A DNA stretch of 64,000 nt from the NCBI GenBank assembly GCA_036881865.1, contig JBAJNM010000004.1, positions 3,736-67,735 on the forward strand, given 5' to 3'. Positions 55,353 through 64,000 of this stretch are shown here, piece after piece; position 1 is the first letter of the stretch, and the number at the start of each line of letters is the position of its first letter. The stretch is from Parvularculales bacterium. Its GTDB lineage: Bacteria > Pseudomonadota > Alphaproteobacteria > JAPOUT01 > JBAJNM01. The position numbers and the translations under genes were made by a program. The notes beneath the pieces were generated by a model, which made no database searches, was not told the origin of the DNA, and saw only the letters and a list, made by a program, of their open reading frames with translations.

Positions 55353-56306
55353 ATGCCAGAAACTCAGGGCCAACACGCTAAAGTGATCATTCTCGGCGGA
55401 GGGCCAGCCGGATATACCGCCGCAGTCTACGCCGCCCGCGCCATGCTATCTCCCCTTTTGGTACAAGGTCCGCAACCGGGTGGTCAGATGACCATAACTA
55501 CGGACGTAGAAAACTATCCCGGCTTTGCAGACGTCATACAAGGCCCATGGCTCATGGAGCAAATGGAAGCCCAAGCCCGACATATAGGAACTGTACTCGT
55601 CAACGATACCATCACACAAGTGGATTTAACCCGTCGCCCCTTCCACCTCACAGGAGACAGCAATAATTTTTATACAGCCGATAGCCTGATTATCAGCACT
55701 GGCGCTCAGGCTAAATGGCTCGGCGTTGAGGGAGAAGAGCGGCTTCGCGGCTTTGGTGTTTCGGCTTGTGCCACCTGCGATGGTTTCTTTTATCGGGACC
55801 GTGAGGTCATTGTTGTAGGAGGCGGCAATACAGCCGTAGAAGAAGCGCTCTTTCTTACTCGCTTTGCCAGCAAGGTTTATGTGGTTCATCGTAGAGATAG
55901 TTTGCGGGCGGAACGTATACTTCAAGAGCGTTTGTTTGCTCATGAAAAAGTCCAAATTATCTGGAACCATATTGTTGAAGAGATTACCGGCGAGGATAGT
56001 TCTACCGGCGTTCAGGGTGTCGTGTTGCGCCATGTCACAAGTGGTGAGCGTCAGACCATACCCGTCCATGGCGTCTTTGTTGCCATCGGCCACCAGCCCT
56101 CCACGGGTTTGTTTGCCGGCAAACTTCTCATGACCGAGAATGGCTATCTGGTAACTAAACCTGATTCTACCGCCACCACCATTGAGGGGGTCTTTGCCGC
56201 CGGCGACGTGACTGATGAGATTTATCGTCAGGCGGTGACAGCTGCAGGTGCAGGGTGCATGGCTGCCTTGGATGCCGAACGGTTTCTGACAACACAGACG
56301 GGCTAA
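55353..56306 (+). CDS. trxB: Thioredoxin-disulfide reductase
   Basis: Redox-active CATC motif (SACATCDG) plus FAD and NADPH glycine motifs. Confidence 0.9.
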   Translation: MPETQGQHAKVIILGGGPAGYTAAVYAARAMLSPLLVQGPQPGGQMTITTDVENYPGFADVIQGPWLMEQMEAQARHIGTVLVNDTITQVDLTRRPFHLTGDSNNFYTADSLIISTGAQAKWLGVEGEERLRGFGVSACATCDGFFYRDREVIVVGGGNTAVEEALFLTRFASKVYVVHRRDSLRAERILQERLFAHEKVQIIWNHIVEEITGEDSSTGVQGVVLRHVTSGERQTIPVHGVFVAIGHQPSTGLFAGKLLMTENGYLVTKPDSTATTIEGVFAAGDVTDEIYRQAVTAAGAGCMAALDAERFLTTQTG

Positions 56307-56418
56307 AAACAGTCCTGAATCCCTCTATGGACGACCCTATCGGTTAGCTCATGTAATGTAGTGAAAAAACCCTTAAAATAGCCGCCTTCACCCGATTTAC
56401 AAGGCTCTACTCAAACTC

Positions 56419-56446
56419 TTGCAACAAATCACCAAGTCTGTATAAT
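56419..56446 (+). promoter_or_regulatory. Sigma70-like promoter (TTGCAA-16 nt-TATAAT) driving a short orphan transcript
   Basis: Read directly. No CDS longer than 10 codons follows before the terminator. Confidence 0.45.
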
Positions 56447-56452
56447 CAGGGA

Positions 56453-56664
56453 GGTTGGGAGCGGACAGATGGGGAGATTTTTATGTCCATCTTGTTAATT
56501 TGGGTTGTTTGAGTGCGTGCGTAATTGTTTGCGCATTCTTTTTCGTGGTTGGCACACATACCTCCCTAGTGTCGCCATGTAACCCTTGATTCTTTGCCTA
56601 GGATCAACGCTTCCACACAATGCCGGACCCGTTCCCCCTTAGCGGGTCCGGCATTACTTTTTTG
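56453..56664 (+). ncRNA. Candidate small RNA of about 210 nt, running from the promoter to the intrinsic terminator at 56619..56664 (stem GCCGGACCCG / CGGGTCCGGC followed by ACTTTTTTG). It contains a CCUCCC anti-SD-like motif
   Basis: Promoter plus strong terminator bracket a region with no ORF. It sits in the 386-nt gap between trxB and the convergent msrP. The terminator could also serve both flanking genes. Confidence 0.35.
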
Positions 56665-56692
56665 ACCAATATCCCTTATTGTTTTTTGCTCC

Positions 56693-57706
56693 CTACATAT
56701 AAAGTCGTTGCCCCTCGAGTCCCTTATAGAGCAACGCAACCTCTTCACCATAACCGTTGAACAATTGTGTCGGAACACGACGACCACCTGTTCCTAAAAG
56801 TTCTTCGCTCGCCTGACTCCACCGAGGATGCGGTACCGTCGGATTAACATTGGCCCAAAAACCATATTCCTCAGGCAACACCTCTTCCCAAAATGAAACA
56901 GGCCTTTTGTCAGTAAACGTAAAACGCACAATAGATTTGATGGACTTGAACCCATACTTCCACGGAACCGCCAACCGCAAGGGAGCTCCAAATTGTTTCA
57001 ACAGGGGTTTTCCATAAACTCCTGTCACCATAAACGCCATATCATTGTTAGCTTCAGCCAGCGTCAACCCTTCATCATAAGGCCATGGATACCATCCCTG
57101 CCGTTGCCCTCTTGCAACATCCGGATTAAGAAACGTCTCCATGCGCACATATTGCGCAGAAGATAGCGGGTCAGCCAGAGCTACCAACTCCTTGAGAGGA
57201 AAGCCCGTCCATGGCACAGCCATGGCCCATGCTTCTACACAACGGTGGCGATAGAGCCGTTCTTCCAATGTTACCTTTTTCAGTAAATCATCAATATCGG
57301 TGGTCATGGGATTGTTCACCATACCATCTATGGTCACCTCCCATGGGCGAATGGGCAATGCTTGAGCAGCGGCAGAAATACGTTTGTGAGATCCAAACTC
57401 GTAAAAATTATTATAGGTGGAGGTTATACTTTCTGGTGTAACTTCACGATCTAGCGAATAAACTTTGTTACGGGGAGCCGGATAATATTGAGTGCTGGGA
57501 TCTTGAGAATTTAGATTACCAGAGCCTTGGGCATTGGCCTGTGCACTATTGTCTTCTTCCTCACCACAACCGCCAAGCCCCAAGGCACCTACGCTCGCTG
57601 CTGCCGCTATAGCACCACCCAAAAACCGCCGCCTGTTAAAAAATACAGACTCCGGCGTTATAGAATTTTCCGAAATCTCCCAACCGCGTTTAATTTTAAT
57701 CAGCAT
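56693..57706 (-). CDS. msrP: Protein-methionine-sulfoxide reductase catalytic subunit MsrP (YedY, sulfite-oxidase-like molybdoenzyme)
   Basis: The start is at MLIKIK.., with a Tat signal NRRRFLGGAIAAAAS. No msrQ/yedZ follows downstream. Confidence 0.8.
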   Translation of the reverse strand: MLIKIKRGWEISENSITPESVFFNRRRFLGGAIAAAASVGALGLGGCGEEEDNSAQANAQGSGNLNSQDPSTQYYPAPRNKVYSLDREVTPESITSTYNNFYEFGSHKRISAAAQALPIRPWEVTIDGMVNNPMTTDIDDLLKKVTLEERLYRHRCVEAWAMAVPWTGFPLKELVALADPLSSAQYVRMETFLNPDVARGQRQGWYPWPYDEGLTLAEANNDMAFMVTGVYGKPLLKQFGAPLRLAVPWKYGFKSIKSIVRFTFTDKRPVSFWEEVLPEEYGFWANVNPTVPHPRWSQASEELLGTGGRRVPTQLFNGYGEEVALLYKGLEGQRLYM

Positions 57707-57899
57707 CGTTGTTACATCTCCTAACCGGTGCATCCCCTTCTTTGTTGTTGATAACAAACACCCAGAACACTCCACCCCGTCGAGCAATACAATTCATTCC
57801 TCCCATCGTCACGAAGGTGTGAATCTATACTCCACACGTTTTATTCTAGCATACTTCTCAACATCCATGCTGTCTTTTCACTAGCATCCATCCGTTGTG

Positions 57900-58220
57900 T
57901 CAAAAGATCCGCCGTTGATTCATCACTGGCCTCCTCAACAGACGGAAAAACCTGACGCGCCGTCCGCACGACCATTTCTTGCCCTTCACCAAATCAGCAA
58001 TCATACCCATCGCATCAGGGGTGGCATCGGGCGTTTCAATATCACTCAACTTGGAGAACGCCTGACAACTCCCCCCAGTGCCGGAGATCCCAAAGAGTGT
58101 ATCCCGCTCAGCAATCTGATCTGTAGCCATCCACACCTCATTATACTGCCCCTCAAACATCATATGGAGCATATTAACATCGGGCCGGTACCATTCCCCA
58201 GTGGTAATTATGGGTTTTGA
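57900..58220 (-). pseudogene. Possible gene remnant: an unassigned ORF fragment with in-frame stops upstream
   Basis: The minus-strand frame reads ...GEWYRPDVNMLHMMFEGQYNEVWMATDQIAERDTLFGISGTGGSCQAF... and is preceded by stop-interrupted in-frame sequence. There is no credible start or RBS. Confidence 0.2.
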
Positions 58221-58332
58221 GATACAACTGTATAGGTATCCGCCAACAGACGCGGATAACCCATGGGCAATCTGACTGCACTTTTATTCAGGAATGCCAA
58301 TATCAGTCTGCATAGATCTTATTCTCCTGTAA

Positions 58333-59601
<1,269 letters not shown>

Positions 59602-59777
59602 TCATCTCCAATTAGGGCGGTTACCGCCTACTCCCCGACATATGCTTTCTGATATTTCCCCCTGAAAAAGGAGGCCTTCCGCGGACTTCTTTTTTTGGGA
59701 ATTTTTCTTTAATGCCTTTCAAAATTGCCAGAATTTGATGCATTAAAGCATGCATATTCAAGGCTTGACGTGATATT

Positions 59778-59796
59778 GAGAATGATTATCATTATC
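59778..59796. promoter_or_regulatory. Fur-box-like site GAGAATGATTATCATTATC (17 of 19 match to GATAATGATAATCATTATC) overlapping the promoter of the Fe(3+) ABC transporter operon
   Basis: Read directly. A TTGACG -35-like hexamer lies about 8 nt upstream of the box, and the box is 57 nt upstream of the fbpA start. Confidence 0.6.
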
Positions 59797-59852
59797 ATCT
59801 CGATGCTTACCTCACGCTCTCCTTTTCATCCTCCATAAAAGTCCAACACATT

Positions 59853-60917
59853 ATGAACCTTATGAGCCCTCGCTTTTTCTCAACTCTCCTGTTCGTTATG
59901 ACCCTTATGGTAGCAATCCTGTTACCTACCGCCCCTGTTGCCGCACAACAAGAAGATCAAGAAGATAAAGAGGTGAATGTTTATTCCTATCGTCAGCCTT
60001 TCCTTGTTCAACCCCTGTTTGATCTCTTTGAAAAAGAAACCGACATAACGGTGAATGTGCTATTTGCGGGCAAAGGACTCGTTGAGCGCATTGCATTGGA
60101 GGGCAAAAACTCACCGGCCGATGTTATCCTGACAACAGATATCGGACGTTTGCAACACGCCGTATCAGCAGGCATCACTCAGCCTGTTACTTCTGCAATT
60201 CTAGACCGGCTAATTCCTGCCGACTATCGCGACCCGCGGAGATATTGGTTTGGTCTTACCCGCCGGGCGCGGGTTGTATTTGCTTCCCGTGAGAGGGTAA
60301 GCGATGGCACCCTTACGTATGAATCCCTAGCTGATGAGCGCTGGCGCGGCAAAATATGTATGCGGGACGGACAACACCCCTACAATATTGCCTTGTTTGC
60401 GGCAGCGTTAGCGCACCATGATGAAGAAAGCGTACGGCAATGGCTCATAGGACTTAAGGCCAATCAAGCACGGCGTCCTGCCGGTAATGATCGGGCACAA
60501 ATGAAGGCCGTATTTGCCGGAGAATGCGATATTGCTATCGGCAACACCTACTATCTGGGCCTTGCCTCCACCAACGATGAAAGCCCAGAACAAAAAAAAT
60601 GGGCTAAGGCAGTACGCATTATCTTCCCAATGTTTGAAGAGGGCGGCACTCATGTCAATCTGTCTGGCATGGCAATGGCGCGCTACGCCCCTCATCGTGA
60701 GGACGCTCTTAAGCTTATGACCTTCCTAGCCGGTGATGCAGCCCAACAGCTTTACGCACAAATCAATTTTGAATATCCCGTACGAGATGACGTCCCCTTG
60801 TCACCTCTGGTAGCTTCATGGGGCGATTTCACACCCGATGACGCACCCCTTTATCGTATCGCTACCCTCAGACGCAAAGCCAGCGAACTGGTCGATGAGG
60901 TTCGCTTTAATGAATAA
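59853..60917 (+). CDS. fbpA: Fe(3+) ABC transporter periplasmic substrate-binding protein (FbpA/AfuA/SfuA family)
   Basis: 354 aa with a signal peptide. Confidence 0.8.
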   Translation: MNLMSPRFFSTLLFVMTLMVAILLPTAPVAAQQEDQEDKEVNVYSYRQPFLVQPLFDLFEKETDITVNVLFAGKGLVERIALEGKNSPADVILTTDIGRLQHAVSAGITQPVTSAILDRLIPADYRDPRRYWFGLTRRARVVFASRERVSDGTLTYESLADERWRGKICMRDGQHPYNIALFAAALAHHDEESVRQWLIGLKANQARRPAGNDRAQMKAVFAGECDIAIGNTYYLGLASTNDESPEQKKWAKAVRIIFPMFEEGGTHVNLSGMAMARYAPHREDALKLMTFLAGDAAQQLYAQINFEYPVRDDVPLSPLVASWGDFTPDDAPLYRIATLRRKASELVDEVRFNE

Positions 60918-60935
60918 CAGAAAGACGTAAAAAGT

Positions 60936-62660
60936 GTGCAGGTAAATACACCGATGCATACTCCCCCTACGCCCACACCCCTGCCTCCAACGGGATATTC
61001 TACGGCATGGGTGTTTACGTTCGGAACGCTGGGCATCGCCCTCATCATCGCAACCCCCCTCGTAGCGACCCTGTGGCTCGCCCTCACCCCCACCGAAAAC
61101 GACTGGCCTCAACTCCTTGCCAGCGTCCTGCCAAACTATGTGTTCCAAACAACCCTGCTACTCATGGGTGTTGGGCTTCTTACCCTTACACTAGGAACAG
61201 GGGCTGCATGGCTTGTTACCATGTGCACATTTCCGGGTCGGCGTTTTTTCACATGGGGGTTGCTCATTCCCCTTGCCATGCCCACCTATATCACAGCCTA
61301 CGCTTGGGTGGATTTGATGGAGTTCGCCGGACCCATTCAAACAAACCTCCGCGCTTTTATGGGATGGCAAGCACCAGCTGATTACTGGTTTCCGCCCATT
61401 CGATCTCTGCCCGGTGCCATCATGATTATGGGGTTTGTGCTGTATCCTTACGTCTATCTGACAGCGCGAGCGGCCTTTCTGCAACAATCAACTGGGGTTC
61501 TTGAGGTAAGTCGCACTTTGGGTCGCGGATCATGGTCATCATTTTATTCTGTAGCTTTACCTCTGGCGCGTCCGGCGTTGGCAGCAGGACTATTGCTGGT
61601 CTTAATGGAATGCTTAAACGACATCGGCGCAGTGGAGCATTTCGGCGTTAGAACACTGACCATCGGGATTTATGATATCTGGTTGGAACGGGGTAATCTG
61701 GGGGGAGCTGCACAAATCTCTGCCGTGATGCTACTCTTTGTTCTCATTATAATCGCCCTGGAACGTCATACCCGTCGCAACCAGCGCTACTACACCCCTG
61801 CCAGCCGCTATCAACATCTACCGCGCCATCAACTCGCGGGCCTCAAAGCTGTGGCCGCTTTAATCGGATGCACCATCCCCCTTACAGCCGGGTTTCTTAT
61901 TCCCGGCGCAATGCTGGTCTGGCATGCCGCTCATGCACCCGCAAATTTGGAGGCCGCTCTTTTTGCCCCCGCCGCCAGCAATAGTCTGTTGTTGGCCGCT
62001 ACCGCTACCCTTATTATTGTTCTTGCCGGATTGTTCCTCGCCTATGCCGGACGTCTAACCCGCATCGCTCTTGTCCAAGGTGTTTTACGTTTTGCCAGCA
62101 TTGGCTATGCTATCCCAGGGGCTATCCTCGCCATTGGCATCCTAATTCCTCTGACAACCATAGACCGCCTGCTAGATAACGTATCCCAAGACCTCTTAGG
62201 CATCGGCACTGGTCTTATTTTCACCGGTAGCCTGATGGCCATTCTATTCGCCTACCTCGTGCGCTTTTTGGCGCTTTCTTTCAACACCATGGAAACCGGC
62301 CTCAATCGCGTTACCCCCACTATGGATATGGCTGCCCGTAACCTCGGTTACTCAGTTCCTCATATTCTGTGGCGCGTGCACTTCCCCCTCATCCGACCCG
62401 CTGTACTCACAGCAGGTCTTCTGGTGTTTGTTGATACCATGAAGGAACTACCCATCACTCTTATCTTAAGGCCATTCAATTTTGATACCCTTGCCACTCA
62501 CGTCTACACCGTGGCCTCTCTTGGTTTGCTGGAACAAGGCGCTCAGGCCGCACTGATTATCGTGCTGGCAGGTCTCGCGCCGATTATTGTTCTCACTCTC
62601 GCTATCTCCAACGCCCGACCTGGATATCACGGAATATCTCAAAGAACAGCATCTCTATAA
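60936..62660 (+). CDS. Fe(3+) ABC transporter permease (duplicated-domain FbpB type)
   Basis: 574 aa, about 12 TMs, two permease halves. Confidence 0.8.
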   Translation: MQVNTPMHTPPTPTPLPPTGYSTAWVFTFGTLGIALIIATPLVATLWLALTPTENDWPQLLASVLPNYVFQTTLLLMGVGLLTLTLGTGAAWLVTMCTFPGRRFFTWGLLIPLAMPTYITAYAWVDLMEFAGPIQTNLRAFMGWQAPADYWFPPIRSLPGAIMIMGFVLYPYVYLTARAAFLQQSTGVLEVSRTLGRGSWSSFYSVALPLARPALAAGLLLVLMECLNDIGAVEHFGVRTLTIGIYDIWLERGNLGGAAQISAVMLLFVLIIIALERHTRRNQRYYTPASRYQHLPRHQLAGLKAVAALIGCTIPLTAGFLIPGAMLVWHAAHAPANLEAALFAPAASNSLLLAATATLIIVLAGLFLAYAGRLTRIALVQGVLRFASIGYAIPGAILAIGILIPLTTIDRLLDNVSQDLLGIGTGLIFTGSLMAILFAYLVRFLALSFNTMETGLNRVTPTMDMAARNLGYSVPHILWRVHFPLIRPAVLTAGLLVFVDTMKELPITLILRPFNFDTLATHVYTVASLGLLEQGAQAALIIVLAGLAPIIVLTLAISNARPGYHGISQRTASL

Positions 62661-62836
62661 AAGAGGGCCTGCCCTTCTGAACTCTGATCTCAAACCTCCG
62701 AACCTTTACTTCCTATACCCATATGATATGGTTCAGTGCAGTTTCAACAGGGTTAAGACGATGCAAATAAGGAGGGGCTACGCCTAATTCCTTCACAAAC
62801 TCTCGTCCAAGCAAACCGGCAATAATACGGGACTCA

Positions 62837-63985
62837 ATGACAAATCTGAACATGGATGACACCCCTTTCATCCGGTTTACGGATGTGCAAAAGACTTATG
62901 ATGGGGTGACCCTCATCATAAAACACCTCAACCTTGACATTGTCAGGGGAGAGTTTCTGACCATGCTTGGACCCTCCGGATCGGGTAAGACAACTTGTCT
63001 GATGTTGCTTGCGGGATTTGAGACGCCGACCCGTGGCGATGTTTTTTTGGACGGACAATTAATGAATACTGTCCCCCCCCACAAGCGTGGCATTGGGATG
63101 GTATTTCAAAACTACGCCTTGTTTCCCCACATGACTGTATATGAAAATTTGGCGTTTCCTTTGCGGGTGCGCAAGATGGACAAGGCCACTATTACCGACA
63201 AGGTTGCCCGCGCCTTGGATATGGTTGAACTGACTAATCTTGGAGATCGCCATCCCTCGCAATTATCCGGCGGCCAACAACAACGGGTAGCCCTAGCGCG
63301 AGCCTTAGTTTTTGAGCCTGAACTTATTTTGATGGATGAACCGTTGAGTGCTCTAGATAAAGCTCTTCGCGAACAGATGCAGTATGAAATTAAGCACCTT
63401 CATGACAAATTGGGCATGACGGTTGTTTACGTTACGCACGATCAAGGTGAAGCGCTAACAATATCAGATAGAATTGCCGTTTTTGAGGATGGTGTTATTC
63501 AACAACTAGCGCCACCAAATGAACTTTATGAACAACCTGCCAATGCCTTTGTCGCTCAGTTTATTGGTGAGAACAATCGTCTACCCGGTAAAATTAAGTC
63601 TGTCTCCAATGGCATCTGCACGGTTGCATTGGAAACAGGCGCTACCGTCCACGCCCAGGCAGTCAAGGTGGATAAGCCCGGTATGCGCACCATGTTGTCT
63701 ATCCGTCCGGAGAGAATCTGGATCAGCGCCGATGGCACGCATCCGGAAAACAATCCCGCTGACCCTGAACAACACCAGATGCCACAAAATCAACTGAAAG
63801 GGGCAATTACAGAAATTGCGTATCATGGCGACCATGTGCGCATCATCATACAAACGGAACTCTCGGAGGAGTTCGTTGTCAAACTCCCCAGCATTTATGA
63901 CCGAGAAAAAATTAATAGAAACCGCCCCATAACAATCGGCTGGAACACACAAGATTGCAGAGCGCTGGACTATCAGGACAGTTGA
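62837..63985 (+). CDS. ABC transporter ATP-binding protein (FbpC/PotA-like)
   Basis: Walker A GPSGSGKTT, signature LSGGQQQRVALARAL, Walker B ILMDEP, plus a C-terminal TOBE-like domain. Confidence 0.85.
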   Translation: MTNLNMDDTPFIRFTDVQKTYDGVTLIIKHLNLDIVRGEFLTMLGPSGSGKTTCLMLLAGFETPTRGDVFLDGQLMNTVPPHKRGIGMVFQNYALFPHMTVYENLAFPLRVRKMDKATITDKVARALDMVELTNLGDRHPSQLSGGQQQRVALARALVFEPELILMDEPLSALDKALREQMQYEIKHLHDKLGMTVVYVTHDQGEALTISDRIAVFEDGVIQQLAPPNELYEQPANAFVAQFIGENNRLPGKIKSVSNGICTVALETGATVHAQAVKVDKPGMRTMLSIRPERIWISADGTHPENNPADPEQHQMPQNQLKGAITEIAYHGDHVRIIIQTELSEEFVVKLPSIYDREKINRNRPITIGWNTQDCRALDYQDS

Positions 63986-64000
63986 GTCTATAACTCGGAT

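Noticed and set aside
57897-58220. A 107-aa plus-strand ORF in the msrP-aminotransferase gap.
   Set aside because: It is the mirror of the decayed minus-strand fragment, has a Pro/His-rich low-complexity translation, and has no RBS.
59700-59760. A 9-bp inverted repeat (CTTTAATGC...GCATTAAAG) upstream of the Fur box.
   Set aside because: It is short, AT-rich and has a long loop. It is compatible with chance in an AT-rich promoter region, so it was not called as a feature.

Overview
This window reads as a mostly conserved alphaproteobacterial core chromosome segment, interrupted by three short lower-GC islets. Gene order suggests Rhizobiales/Hyphomicrobiales: purC-purS-purQ-purL-bolA-grxD, icd/alaS/recA, xseB-ispA-dxs, petABC, a zeta ATPase inhibitor and an ELM1-like gene. 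GC is moderate, around 50% by eye. I can support about 60 CDSs, one tRNA-Leu, several terminators and promoters, a Fur box, two alpha-type LexA boxes, and a candidate small RNA.

The three lower-GC islets are:
(a) 4.6-6.6 kb, next to the 3' end of tRNA-Leu: an orphan MerT/MerP-like metal-import module. It also carries a Cys/His/Met-rich periplasmic protein and a putative outer-membrane beta-barrel, with no MerA or MerR in the window.
(b) 26.9-27.7 kb: an AT-rich orphan ORF placed directly behind the conserved MoxR-VWA pair.
(c) 50.1-50.97 kb, between ychF and petC: a disrupted gene whose product looks like a DarT-type ADP-ribosyltransferase fold.

The orphan Mer-like module is the best candidate for an undescribed system.

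All calls come from reading the sequence and the ORF translations only; I ran no searches. Coordinates of short motifs may be off by 1-2 nt.
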